Of a DNA stretch of 64,000 bases, positions 39,201-48,371 are shown piece after piece (the stretch's first letter is position 1; each line of letters starts with the position of its first letter). Where the stretch lies: positions 1 through 64,000 of the forward strand of contig JAHCIT010000001.1 in assembly GCA_026129095.1 (NCBI GenBank). Reading direction: 5' to 3'. A program made the translations under genes and the position numbers. Below the pieces are notes generated by a model. That model saw nothing but the letters and a program-made list of their open reading frames with translations. It was not told the DNA's origin and ran no database searches. The DNA is from Deltaproteobacteria bacterium. GTDB lineage: Bacteria; JAGRBM01; JAHCIT01.

Positions 39201-40134
39201 CTTCCAGAAGGCAATCGCACTGACCCCGAACACCGCTCCCGAACGCCGGGTGCTGGCCGACCAGCTTTTCCAGGCGCAGCTCTATCCGCTGGCGACCGTC
39301 GAATACGACAACGTCTTCCGGCTCGACCCCAAGCAGACGGATGCTGTGCTGCTGTCGGCCGAATCCTACTATCTGTCCAACCGGATGGAGCCCGCCCGCA
39401 ATGCCTACCTGAAGGCGCTCGACGTGAACCCAAACGCGGGACTGGCCCACTACCGGCTTGGTTCCATGCACATGAGCGCCAAGGAGTACGAGCAGGCGGT
39501 GCCGAGATTCCTTCTGGCCTCGCGGATCGAGCCGGCGCAGCACGCCTACCACGCCATGCTGGGCGACGCCTACATGGGACTTGGCGACGCCAAATCCGCC
39601 ACGGATGCCTACCGGACAGCCACCGAGATCGAGCCCGGCAACGCGACCTACCAGGCCAAGTACGGACAGGCCAAGGCGAAATACGACGCCGCCCCCTACG
39701 AACGGACCGGCCCGCTGGAGATCGTGAACCTGACCATTCCCGATCTCGTGCAGTCAGCCTTCGAGCAGTACCGGCAGTCAGGTGCGCTGGAGATGAGGTT
39801 CAGCAACCGCGCCGGCGAGGATCTCTACCAGGTGAAGGTGAAGTTCCAGGTTCCGGGGCTCACTGCCTATCCCTACGAGGACCAGCTCACCGTGCTGAAG
39901 CCGAAGGACACGCAAGCCCTGACGATCAAGCCACGGTTCAACCAGGCGGCGCTCGACCTGCCGGGTGACACCTTCGCCGTCGCCTCGTTCGAGATCAGCT
40001 ACTATTTCCAGAAGCGCGTCAGGACGTTCAACATCTACCGCTCGCTGCTCATCCGGGCCGACCTGTCGAAACCGGCAGTCCCTCCGGGCGCTGTGCCCTC
40101 ACCGGTTCCGGCGGCCACGCCGGGCTTCCGGTAA
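36277..40134 (+). CDS. Exported NHL-repeat/Fn3/TPR multidomain protein
   Basis: Signal peptide; NHL repeats (P.G.A...VYVADTGN.RI); Fn3-like segment; long TPR array; C-terminal beta domain. Confidence 0.88.
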   Translation: MHRTILTRTTIVLCFLLAPAASRPAHALNVEWDNTFGSRGQAAGQFNIPAGGAVDAQGNYHITDNRGGRVVVFDKTGKFQREYGTNSTPKLARPWGIAISPATGKIFVADNDQHLLFVFAPDGKLIETLGGRGSNPGSLRDPQGVAIRHGGRVYVADTGNGRISVFGEDGLFLGVFGPESKGTGATLKKPVDVAVDPEENIYVADSGLREVVIFNRDWRRLTKIGRDRGFSEPAAVATDANGTVAMLDADSQRIFHFAPGQKPLQTFGSSGSAQAQFRSALGLVFDDVNGRFVVVDTGNQRVQTFRHRDREGQTPRPNYRPEYTLEFVRSITVKADDIDVGDGKIFALDSRGKTIRVLTTEGAAVNSIALKWESKDAVEDPANILYHAGTVYVTDRGAHDVKMFDAGGTFKGRMGARGSAPGQLRDPRGMFASDRFLFIVDRGNDRVSLFSPNGGFVTINQSKGSGALSKPVDLVADADGNLYVLDEGPNRLMKYSQNSQFLNALCRDGYGPGSLDRPAAIEMDRMEMFYILDRNGISIVDKECKPMAGFGGGIDGKGKGRYTATGGLAVDDSKGTFIYFSDPANDAIQVVTFKQTPSAAVGLTLTTGREGATLSWTGTAEAFRQAWEIQGAAKPEGPFTKIADAKQPPFELKYPVENDPTCFRVVARSFSGVESTPSNVVIDIFRQANLLFAARQFDVALARADEHLAGYPDQPDALFLKARSLVELKRAPEAAEIFRKLAQVEGYGERALEELGRIYLADAKYKEAGDIATQLLTLNDLSVAAHKMLATVALETGQLDDAIAKSSRAAAINANDTEALDIQARAYLKKGLPGEAIKIYTNALKINKTDPVLYIGLSSALISIGQPAQAVPYLQWVVKQQPDNIRSRELLARALLAAKQPSAALEQAEAVKRLGPEQAVGHELAGFAARDLNDMPKAILELEQAARKEPQNPRYQIQLGLLYRAANRPGDANLAFQKAIALTPNTAPERRVLADQLFQAQLYPLATVEYDNVFRLDPKQTDAVLLSAESYYLSNRMEPARNAYLKALDVNPNAGLAHYRLGSMHMSAKEYEQAVPRFLLASRIEPAQHAYHAMLGDAYMGLGDAKSATDAYRTATEIEPGNATYQAKYGQAKAKYDAAPYERTGPLEIVNLTIPDLVQSAFEQYRQSGALEMRFSNRAGEDLYQVKVKFQVPGLTAYPYEDQLTVLKPKDTQALTIKPRFNQAALDLPGDTFAVASFEISYYFQKRVRTFNIYRSLLIRADLSKPAVPPGAVPSPVPAATPGFR

Positions 40135-40142
40135 GACAGCAT

Positions 40143-40382
40143 TCACGCCGCCGCCAGCGCCACCCGTATCACCCGGCCGGCCGGGCCCGCTTCCCAGCGG
40201 GCCACGATCTGACCGGCAGGACTGGTCGCGCAGAGGGCCTCGCCCGGCCTCAAAAGGTGCAGGGCCAGGATTTCCGCCTCGGCGAGCGTCCCTTGCAGGG
40301 GGAGAGGCTTTTCCCGGGGCGAGCCCTTCTGTATCAGGACGAAATTGAGGGTCTCGCCATCTGGCTGTTCCTGAGCTGCCAT
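40143..40382 (-). CDS. Small hypothetical protein (79 aa)
   Basis: Strong GAGGAGG RBS before the ATG; fills the gap without overlapping real genes. Confidence 0.55.
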   Translation of the reverse strand: MAAQEQPDGETLNFVLIQKGSPREKPLPLQGTLAEAEILALHLLRPGEALCATSPAGQIVARWEAGPAGRVIRVALAAA

Positions 40383-40656
40383 AGGTGCCTCCTCTCCTCA
40401 CCGATAACGCATCGCGTCTATCGCAAGGGTAAGCACTATGACGCGATCAGTCAAGAAAAGAATTCATAACAGCATTTTCCGGATTTATATTTAATTTCAG
40501 GTAGTTATGTAGGATACCCAGCAACCAGAAAGTGCGGTTTTCGGGCACCATTTCTGACGCGGCGCGTATTGTGGGACCAGCCCAGTAGGCGGACAATGGC
40601 ACTTACATAGCTAAAGGTGTGGCGGCCGGAGGGCCGCAATCTCCCCTCTGATGGGA

Positions 40657-40686
40657 GTGGCCCCCGGCAAGGTGACCGGGGGCCAC
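40657..40686. terminator. Perfect 11-bp hairpin downstream of tldD
   Basis: GTGGCCCCCGG-caaggtga-CCGGGGGCCAC, 14 nt after the tldD stop. Confidence 0.55.
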
Positions 40687-40700
40687 GTAGTTCAGGGGGA

Positions 40701-42092
40701 TCAGTTCAGTTCGCCACCGACGATGATCTCAGGGATCCGGATGGTGGGCTGGGCATCGGAGACGGGAACGGCCTGCCCGTTTTTGCCGCAGGTACCGATG
40801 CCGAAGCCCAGGTCCGTGCCCACCCTGTCGATCTCCCGCAGGATGCGGGGACCGTTGCCGGTGAGCGTGGCGCCGCGGACGGCTGGGCCCCGCTGGCCAT
40901 TTTCGATGAGATACCCCTCGGATACCTCGAAAACGAAATCTCCGTTCACGGTGTTCACCTGTCCGCCTCCCATGCGGGTGACGAGCAGGCCCCGGTCCAC
41001 CGACTTCACGATGGCGGCAGGATCATCCTCGCCGGAGGCGATATAGGTATTGGTCATGCGGACCATCGGCAGGTGCTCGTAACTCTGGCGGCGGCCATTG
41101 CCGGTGGACTGGGTGCCGTCCTTCATGGCCGACAGGCGCGAGGAGAGGTAACGCTTCAGGACTCCGTTCTCCACCAGCACGTTCCGGCCCGATTTCACTC
41201 CCTCGTCGTCGAACGAGAACGTGCCGCGCCGGTTCGGGATCGTGCCGTCATCGACCACGGTAATGAGATCGCTCGCCACCTTCTCGCCCAGCTTGCCGCC
41301 GTATACCGAGAGCCCCTCGTTGGCGAGATCGGCCTCCAGGCCGTGCCCGATCGCCTCGTGAATCATGGTGCCGCCGGCCTCGGCCGCCATGACCACGGCC
41401 ATGCGGCCGCCCTGCATGGGCCGGGCGTCAAGGTTGCGGAGAACCCGTGCGGCAGCCGTTTTGGCCACCTCATCGGGCGGATGCTGGTCGAACAGCTCGA
41501 AACCGATCGTCCCACCTGCCGGCTCGTAGGCCGTCTGGAGCACACCGCCCTTTTCTCCGACCACCTGCACCGAAAAGAGGACGTGCGTACGGGTATCGGT
41601 GGCCCATTCGCCCGCCGAGTTGACGACCGTCACGTCCTGCACAAGATCGCGGAGCAGCACCCGGACCTGCCGGATGGCGGGTGACTGGCGTGCGGCCCGG
41701 TCGCCAGTCTCCAGCATGGATATCTTCCTGGCGAGCGCCACTGTCGAGGGTTTCCGGCCGATCTTGTTCAGGAATGCCGGACGCGATTTCTTGAAGTTGA
41801 ACGTGCGTTTCTGGCCCGGTTCGCCACCGGCGCCCTCGGAGGCGACGAACGCGGCGATCTCGGCGAGGTTCTTTTCCGACAGATCGTTCGTATAGGCATA
41901 GACCTCGCGCCGGTTCCGGATCAGCCGGATGCCGCAGCCCGTATCCTGCCCGGAAAGCACATTGTCCAGCCGCCCGTCATCATAGGAGAGCGTCGAGGCT
42001 TTGCGGCTTTCGATGAATATGTCGGCAAACTCCCCGCCCCTGGCCAATGCCACGGCGAGCACCTTCTTGGCGGTGGTATCCTTGATCGTCAT
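40701..42092 (-). CDS. tldD: TldD/PmbA-family metalloprotease, TldD type
   Basis: GGEFADIF.E, HEAIGHGLEAD, FDDEG, TGNGRRQSY...RMTNT, CGKNGQ.VPV..AQPT. Confidence 0.95.
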   Translation of the reverse strand: MTIKDTTAKKVLAVALARGGEFADIFIESRKASTLSYDDGRLDNVLSGQDTGCGIRLIRNRREVYAYTNDLSEKNLAEIAAFVASEGAGGEPGQKRTFNFKKSRPAFLNKIGRKPSTVALARKISMLETGDRAARQSPAIRQVRVLLRDLVQDVTVVNSAGEWATDTRTHVLFSVQVVGEKGGVLQTAYEPAGGTIGFELFDQHPPDEVAKTAAARVLRNLDARPMQGGRMAVVMAAEAGGTMIHEAIGHGLEADLANEGLSVYGGKLGEKVASDLITVVDDGTIPNRRGTFSFDDEGVKSGRNVLVENGVLKRYLSSRLSAMKDGTQSTGNGRRQSYEHLPMVRMTNTYIASGEDDPAAIVKSVDRGLLVTRMGGGQVNTVNGDFVFEVSEGYLIENGQRGPAVRGATLTGNGPRILREIDRVGTDLGFGIGTCGKNGQAVPVSDAQPTIRIPEIIVGGELN

Positions 42093-42346
42093 CCGGTTCT
42101 GTTTCGCCCTGCCTGGAGGTTTCGCATCCGCCAGCGGCCGGTTAAGGGTAATCCCCTGCCCCGCCCGGGCGGGCAGCTTGGAACCCTAGCACATCCTTCC
42201 GACAAGTGATGGAACCCCCCGAAAAGTTGCCCAAAAACCGGGGAAATGGCCCCGGAAGGCATTTCCAGGCCCTCTATATTACAGCTGGCCGGTTTGCTCC
42301 GGACAGCCGCCCGGACCTATAAAGCCCTCCGCGAAAGGTGGCCCGC

Positions 42347-42700
42347 ATGGCTGACGACAAGAACTGCCTCTTCTGCAAGATTGCCCGCAAGGAGATCCCT
42401 GCAAAGATCCTCCACGAGGATGACCGGTGTGTCGCCTTCCATGACATCAACCCGCAGGCTCCGGTCCATTTCCTGGTGATCCCGAAACGGCATATCCCTG
42501 GCTTGAACGAAATCACCCCCGGAGATTCGGACGAAATCGGCCACATTTTACAGACGATCCGCGAACTGGCAAAAAAAACCGGCATCTCCGGCAACGGATA
42601 TCGCGTCATCAATAACGTGGGCAGTTACGGCGGCCAGACCGTCTTCCACATCCACTTTCATGTGCTCGGCGGCAGGGCACTCGCCTGGCCTCCCGGCTGA
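42347..42700 (+). CDS. Histidine triad nucleotide-binding protein
   Basis: CLFCKI, DINPQAPVH.LVIPK.H, GQTVFHIHFHVLGGR...WPPG. Confidence 0.96.
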   Translation: MADDKNCLFCKIARKEIPAKILHEDDRCVAFHDINPQAPVHFLVIPKRHIPGLNEITPGDSDEIGHILQTIRELAKKTGISGNGYRVINNVGSYGGQTVFHIHFHVLGGRALAWPPG

Positions 42701-42706
42701 AACCAT

Positions 42707-43933
42707 TTGAACGGCCAGCTCCCGGGCTCTGCACCCGACTGGCGGGCGCTTCGTCCGACCGTCATCGCGCTGCTCGGCCTCATCCTGCCGATGATGCTGA
42801 CCTTCGTGCTGCCCAAGCGGCTCGAGGATCTCGGCGCGCCACTGGACACCGTCGGACGCATCATGAGCATGTGGGGATGGGCGCCGATGCTCCTCATCCC
42901 CATCATCGGGCATTTCATGGACCGGTACGGGCGCAAGCCCTTTGCCCTGACGGGCGCGCTTCTCATGGCCATTTCCTCCATTGGCTTCGCCCTCGCCAGC
43001 ACACCGGACTGGCCGGTCTATGCCTGCCGGGCGGTCCAGGGACTTGGATTCGTGATGGGCTACACCGCGATCACCGCCGCACAGGCCGATCTCTCGCCCG
43101 GCAGCGTGCTTCCGCGGGTGTACCTCGTCACCGGCATCTGGGCCCTCCTCATGCATGTCATCGGGCCGGTCGCGGGTGAACTGATCTACCGCCAATTCGG
43201 TTACGCCCCGGTGGCCTGGCTCGCCCTCGCGGCCTCGCTCGTTGCAGCCGGCATGATCCTGGTACTGCCCGAGAGCCGGACGGCAAATCCGGCAGGCACA
43301 CCCCCGGAAGCCCCAAACGGGATCATCCGGTTCATGCGAGAGCGGGGAATCCTGCCCGTCCTGTTTTTCAATCTGGTGGAAGTTGCCGCCTACACGGCCA
43401 CTGTCACCTTCATCATGACGTTCGCGCGTGCGCAGGGGCTTCCGTCCACGCGGCTCTTCTTCTTTGCCTACCCATTGATGGGGATAGCCCTGCGGCTCCT
43501 GTTCAGCCGCGCACCGGGCAGGTTCGGAACGCAGCGGGTGATCTACGCCACGATGATCTTCTATGTCGCGGGTATCGGATCGCTCGCCTGGCTGCAAACG
43601 CCTGCACATCTGTTCATCGCCGGACTCGCCGTGGGCGCCGGGATCACGTTCGTTAACCCGCTTCTCTCGGCCCTTGCTATCGAACGGGCCGGCGACCCGG
43701 CCTACACCGGACGGATCAGCGGATGGTTCGTGTTCGCCTGGTGTCTGGGCGGAACGCTCGCGCCGCTCCTGTTCGGTATCGTCGCCGGGAACGCGGGCTA
43801 CCCGGCCATGTTCCTCTCCGTGGCGGCGATGCTGCTCGCGGGCAACCTCCTTTTCGCCTGGAGCGACTGGCGGCTGGCAAGGATAGTTTCCGCTCCCCTG
43901 TTTCCGCCCATGCGGGGAACGCCGCTCCGCTGA
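42707..43933 (+). CDS. MFS transporter
   Basis: About 12 hydrophobic helices; motif A GHFMDRYGRK. Confidence 0.9.
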   Translation: MNGQLPGSAPDWRALRPTVIALLGLILPMMLTFVLPKRLEDLGAPLDTVGRIMSMWGWAPMLLIPIIGHFMDRYGRKPFALTGALLMAISSIGFALASTPDWPVYACRAVQGLGFVMGYTAITAAQADLSPGSVLPRVYLVTGIWALLMHVIGPVAGELIYRQFGYAPVAWLALAASLVAAGMILVLPESRTANPAGTPPEAPNGIIRFMRERGILPVLFFNLVEVAAYTATVTFIMTFARAQGLPSTRLFFFAYPLMGIALRLLFSRAPGRFGTQRVIYATMIFYVAGIGSLAWLQTPAHLFIAGLAVGAGITFVNPLLSALAIERAGDPAYTGRISGWFVFAWCLGGTLAPLLFGIVAGNAGYPAMFLSVAAMLLAGNLLFAWSDWRLARIVSAPLFPPMRGTPLR

Positions 43934-43978
43934 TCCGCCCTTGGATCGCCGGATTCATCCGCCCATAATCGGCAGGTC

Positions 43979-44470
43979 ATGGCCCGGAAAACCGTACCCC
44001 GTCTCCCCCGCAATCCGGTTGTACCCAAGGCGCACCGCTCGGGCGCAGGCGCCCACCGGTCCCCGCTCGACTACCGGCGGAGCGGCGCCCGCGCCGACAT
44101 TGACGAGCAACTCGGCGAGGCACCCCCCATCATCTATCACCTGGTTCCCGAACCCTACTACCGGGGAATCGCGCCGGAAGAACCCTACGTGAGCGAACGC
44201 TACTATGACGAAGGGTTTATCCATTTCACCGCGCCCGTGGCCGAACTGGCCGCTGCCGGAAACCGCCACTACCGCAGCGACCCGAGGCCGTATCTCATGC
44301 TCGAAGTGGATGAGCTGATGCTCACCGCACCTGTCCGGTACGAAGACCCCGGCCGGATCTTCCCGCACCTCTATGGCCCCTTGAACCGGGATGCGATCAC
44401 CACCGTCCGGCATTTCCGCCGGGCCGCGGACGGCACTTTCATCGGGCCAGGAGAACCGGCCGAGACATGA
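43979..44470 (+). CDS. DUF952-family protein with an N-terminal extension
   Basis: IIYHL...DEGFIHFT...VRYE...FPHLYGPLNRDAI. Confidence 0.85.
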   Translation: MARKTVPRLPRNPVVPKAHRSGAGAHRSPLDYRRSGARADIDEQLGEAPPIIYHLVPEPYYRGIAPEEPYVSERYYDEGFIHFTAPVAELAAAGNRHYRSDPRPYLMLEVDELMLTAPVRYEDPGRIFPHLYGPLNRDAITTVRHFRRAADGTFIGPGEPAET

Positions 44471-44485
44471 CAGGCGGGCGGAGAG

Positions 44486-45283
44486 CTACCGGTCGAACAG
44501 GTCAACCTGCCTGAAATCGGCTGGCGGGCTGAATGCGCTTGAAGGTACCTGCGCCGAACCCGATTCCCGCAACTCCAGATGCACGCGAAGACTGGCGTTC
44601 GGTCCCCCGGAACCCGTAGACCGTTCCACAACGGCCGGCACGCCAAACTGCGAGAACGGGAAATCCAGTGGCCAGGGGAAGGTGCCGAATATCCCGATGA
44701 TGCGCTGGCCGCCGGTGGCGGCTGCCACGGTTTCCTCCAGCTGGGCAAGCGCCTCGGCCGCCGGACCGGACAGCGCCGCATCGGCGCAAACCGACAGCTG
44801 GACCTCGCTGCCGATACGTCCATCCACGAACGCGCACTTGCTGGCGGCATCGCGGCCGCGGCGTGCGGTCGATATCCACCGGAGCGGATCAATTCCCTTG
44901 GCTCGCCGCTGCCGCTCGGCCAGTTCCCTCAGTGCGGGAGGAAACTGCGCCACCGCGTCGGCGGCGATCTGGTTCACGCTGCGCATGTGGTCCATATAGG
45001 CCCCAAGCTGGGCGTAGCCGAAGGTTTTTGCGGTCCGTTCGATATAGAGCAGTTCGCCTGACTTGACGTTGATCACGTGGATTTCCCGCGGCGAGACGGC
45101 CCGCACGCGATTGCCCCGGACCTCGACCGTGACCTGCTCGCCGGCTGGACGCTTCAGATCCGCCGAGGGTTCATATCCTTCGGCCCAGTACTCGTAAGTG
45201 AACCGGAAACCCTCATCCTGTGCCGCCGCAGGCCAGGCACAAAAAAACATTACCGCCAGCAGAACCTTCAGATGCTTTTCCAT
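44486..45283 (-). CDS. Secreted hypothetical protein (DUF4412-like)
   Basis: Signal peptide ending AAA|Q; beta-rich; C-terminal VPSSAFSPPADF. Confidence 0.6.
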   Translation of the reverse strand: MEKHLKVLLAVMFFCAWPAAAQDEGFRFTYEYWAEGYEPSADLKRPAGEQVTVEVRGNRVRAVSPREIHVINVKSGELLYIERTAKTFGYAQLGAYMDHMRSVNQIAADAVAQFPPALRELAERQRRAKGIDPLRWISTARRGRDAASKCAFVDGRIGSEVQLSVCADAALSGPAAEALAQLEETVAAATGGQRIIGIFGTFPWPLDFPFSQFGVPAVVERSTGSGGPNASLRVHLELRESGSAQVPSSAFSPPADFRQVDLFDR

Positions 45284-45336
45284 GCCGGAGATATTAACCG
45301 GGCCTGCGGACGTTTTCAGCCCCCGGAAGCAGACTC

Positions 45337-46296
45337 ATGGCGACTCCACCCGACGACCCGCTTGGAACCACGACCGGTTGGATCGAGGTCGAACTGGCCC
45401 TCGATCCCCGCCTGGCCGACGAGGCCAGCGCGCTCCTGTTCGCGCATGGAGCCACCGGTGCCGAGGAGCTGCCGCCGGAAGAAGGCCGTGCCCGGCTCCG
45501 GGCGTGGTTTCCGGTTACCGTGGAGCCGCAGTCGTCCGAAATCTGGCTGTCGGACCTGTACCGTTCCGCCGCCCAGGTCCATACGGATTTGAAACCGGTA
45601 CGGGTGCGGATCAGTTCAGTCGAGGAAAAGGACTGGGCCGAGAGCTGGAAATCCTGCTTCGCGCCACTCCGGGTCGGCCGGCTGCTCCGGATCCTGCCGT
45701 CGTGGCTCGATGCAGGCGATACCGGGCGCGACCCGTCGCTGTCGCCGGACGCACGCATCGTCCGCCTCGATCCCGGCATGGCGTTCGGAACCGGCACCCA
45801 TCCTACCACGTTCATGTGCCTTGAGCATCTGGAACAGCTGGCCCGCGACCGGCGGTGCGAACTCGGAAGGATTTGGGACTGGGGAACCGGAAGCGGAATC
45901 CTCGCCATCGCAGCGGCGAAACTGGGCGGCGCGTCCGTGCTCGGAACCGACACATCGGCCCAAGCCATCCAGGCGGCCCAGGACAACGCCCGGCTGAATG
46001 ATGCCGGGAACGCGACCGGGTTCGTCCACCGTCCGGTCTCCCGGATCGAGGGACCGTTCGACCTGATCCTGGCCAATCTGTATGCCGAAGTGCTGCTCAA
46101 GGACGGGCCCGAAGCGCTGAAGCGGCTCGCGCCGGGCGGCACGTTCATTGCCAGCGGGTTTGTGGCCGAGCGTGCCACCGAAATCGAGAAGATGCTCGCC
46201 AGTGCCGGGCTCCTGGAGGTTGCACGGGCCTCCAGACGCGATTCGGTGCAAACCGACACGGAGGAGTGGGTATCCCTCCGGTGGGTTCGACCCTAG
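45337..46296 (+). CDS. prmA: Ribosomal protein L11 methyltransferase
   Basis: DWAESWK, LDPGMAFGTGTHPTT, DWGTGSGILAI, DLILANL. Confidence 0.95.
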   Translation: MATPPDDPLGTTTGWIEVELALDPRLADEASALLFAHGATGAEELPPEEGRARLRAWFPVTVEPQSSEIWLSDLYRSAAQVHTDLKPVRVRISSVEEKDWAESWKSCFAPLRVGRLLRILPSWLDAGDTGRDPSLSPDARIVRLDPGMAFGTGTHPTTFMCLEHLEQLARDRRCELGRIWDWGTGSGILAIAAAKLGGASVLGTDTSAQAIQAAQDNARLNDAGNATGFVHRPVSRIEGPFDLILANLYAEVLLKDGPEALKRLAPGGTFIASGFVAERATEIEKMLASAGLLEVARASRRDSVQTDTEEWVSLRWVRP

Positions 46297-46321
46297 CCGG
46301 TCCTGAAACAGCCGGCCCGCA

Positions 46322-47218
46322 TCAATATCCGCGAATCCGCCGCACCAGAAGAAACCCGAGCACCACCGACGCCGCCAGCAGCACGGCCAGCCCCACCACA
46401 GCGCCCATGATCCAGGGGTGTTCGAGGTCGCTTACCGAAAATGCCTCCATCCGGACTGGACCGGAGAGGCTCTGCCAGCCCACCAGGACCTCCTGGGAAA
46501 TGGGGTCATAATAGAAGTAGTCGCCGGTCCATCGAAGCATGGCCGTGCCGGACGGCCCCATGATGTACTGGACGTAGGCTGCAGGCGCCTTGTCATCAGA
46601 AGATCCGCGCACGAGGAACATCACGACAACGTGGCCTGACGGGATGATGACCGGCCCCATCGCATCCTCCCGCCGGAGCTTTTCAGGGGGATGCTCTTTC
46701 CCATAATCCTGTGCCAGTTGCAGCGCCGTCACCAGGGCCGAGAGCCGGCTCTTCGGCTTTTGCCCGGGCCATGTGCGAATCTGGACCTTCGCATCCGCGC
46801 TGCTAAAAAAGAACTCGCCGCCGGGACCGGTTCCCTGGCCCAGTTCGCGGAACTCCTCCTCTTTCCAGACGCCCCTGTCGGACGAGAACGCCCGGGGCAG
46901 CTCGAAGGAGGACTCCACGGTGGACAGGATCACCGCCCTTTTTCCGGGCGAGGCGACCCGCTCCGTCCCCGCCTCCTGCCCCGCCTCGGCCGTATCCGGC
47001 TCGCCCGTCCCGGACCTCAGCACGCGTGCCCCCCGGACCGTCGTCCGGCCCCGGTACTGTGGCGGCACCTTGGAGAACTCGTCGGTGAAGTGGTTGACTC
47101 CCTGGTCATCCACCCATTCGTAGTAGTCTTTGGCGGCAAGATGAGACGGCGCAGCCGCCGCCAGCATCGCTGCACCAATCATCAGGGCGCAAAATACGGC
47201 CCGGCTCTCTAGCCTCAT
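46322..47218 (-). CDS. DUF4124-domain exported protein with a C-terminal TM anchor
   Basis: Signal peptide; YEWVDDQGVNHFTD...VPPQYR; C-terminal hydrophobic helix followed by RRIR. Confidence 0.75.
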   Translation of the reverse strand: MRLESRAVFCALMIGAAMLAAAAPSHLAAKDYYEWVDDQGVNHFTDEFSKVPPQYRGRTTVRGARVLRSGTGEPDTAEAGQEAGTERVASPGKRAVILSTVESSFELPRAFSSDRGVWKEEEFRELGQGTGPGGEFFFSSADAKVQIRTWPGQKPKSRLSALVTALQLAQDYGKEHPPEKLRREDAMGPVIIPSGHVVVMFLVRGSSDDKAPAAYVQYIMGPSGTAMLRWTGDYFYYDPISQEVLVGWQSLSGPVRMEAFSVSDLEHPWIMGAVVGLAVLLAASVVLGFLLVRRIRGY

Positions 47219-47402
47219 GGTTGGTTCCCCTCCGGATAACCAGCGTAAAGTTCAGGTCTGACGTCCGGGTCATTTGTAACCGCCAGCCTGCCAACTGGCA
47301 AAATCCGGCATTTCGGCGGGTGACGGGACACCGCCTCGCGGCAGACTTGAACCCCTGTCCCCCCCATGCCCATATTCAGGCCGGAGGCACCGGACCCTAT
47401 CT

Positions 47403-48293
47403 ATGGAAGTCATCGTGGCAAAGAGCGGCGGATTCTGCTGGGGCGTTGAGCGGGCAATCGATATCGCCCGCAAGGTTGCCGAAGAGAATCCCCAGCTCAG
47501 GGTTTCGACCTATGGCCCGCTCGTCCACAACGAGGAGGCCCTGAAGCCCCTGCGCGACCTCGGTGTCACGGCAGTGAAAGCCGAACCCGATCCCAAGGTG
47601 GAAACCTGGCAGACCGACGCCGTCGTGCTCCGCGCCCACGGCATCACCCCGCACGAACGCAACCGGATCAAGTCGATCCGCACCGAGGGCCGCCAGGTGT
47701 TCGATGGTACCTGCCCGGATGTGGGCATCATCCACGCCACCGTGAAGAAACACATCAACAAGGGTTACAACGTCATCGTGGTGGGCGACGCCGGACATGC
47801 CGAGACGGACGGCATCATGGGCTATACGCCGGCCGGGCGCGGCATGATCGTGGAAAATCCCGAACAGGCTTCCAGTGTGAACTTCCCGGTGGACCAGCCG
47901 ATCTGTGCCGTTTCGCAGTCGACGCAGGAGGCCGAGAACTTCTGGGCCATCGTGGACGCGCTCAAGGTACGATATCCGCATCTGGAACCGTTCAACACGA
48001 TCTGCGAGGCAACCACCTCGCGGCAGACCGACCTCAAGGAACTGATCGAAACCTGCGATGCCGTGATTGTCATCGGCGCGCACCACTCCGCCAACACCTG
48101 CCGCCTCGCCCAGATGTCGAGGGACCGGGGCCGGGTGACCTACCACATCGAGAACGAGAGCGAACTCAATCTCGAGGAACTGCGCCAGTACCGGCGCATC
48201 GGTATCACCGCCGGGGCTTCCACTCCGCCGGCGGCCATGTACCGCGTGAAGGCCCTTCTGGATCCGCTCGAACCCCTGAACCGGGCCTCCTGA
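47403..48293 (+). CDS. ispH: 4-hydroxy-3-methylbut-2-enyl diphosphate reductase
   Basis: GFCWGVERA, GPLVHN, RAHG, TCP, TICEAT..RQ, SANT, GITAGASTP. Confidence 0.96.
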   Translation: MEVIVAKSGGFCWGVERAIDIARKVAEENPQLRVSTYGPLVHNEEALKPLRDLGVTAVKAEPDPKVETWQTDAVVLRAHGITPHERNRIKSIRTEGRQVFDGTCPDVGIIHATVKKHINKGYNVIVVGDAGHAETDGIMGYTPAGRGMIVENPEQASSVNFPVDQPICAVSQSTQEAENFWAIVDALKVRYPHLEPFNTICEATTSRQTDLKELIETCDAVIVIGAHHSANTCRLAQMSRDRGRVTYHIENESELNLEELRQYRRIGITAGASTPPAAMYRVKALLDPLEPLNRAS

Positions 48294-48371
48294 GCGGCTT
48301 CAGCCGGGGTTCCGCCCGGTCTTGCGCCGCAGTTTGCTGTTTCACTGGCCACCTTCGATAATCCCGCCGCT

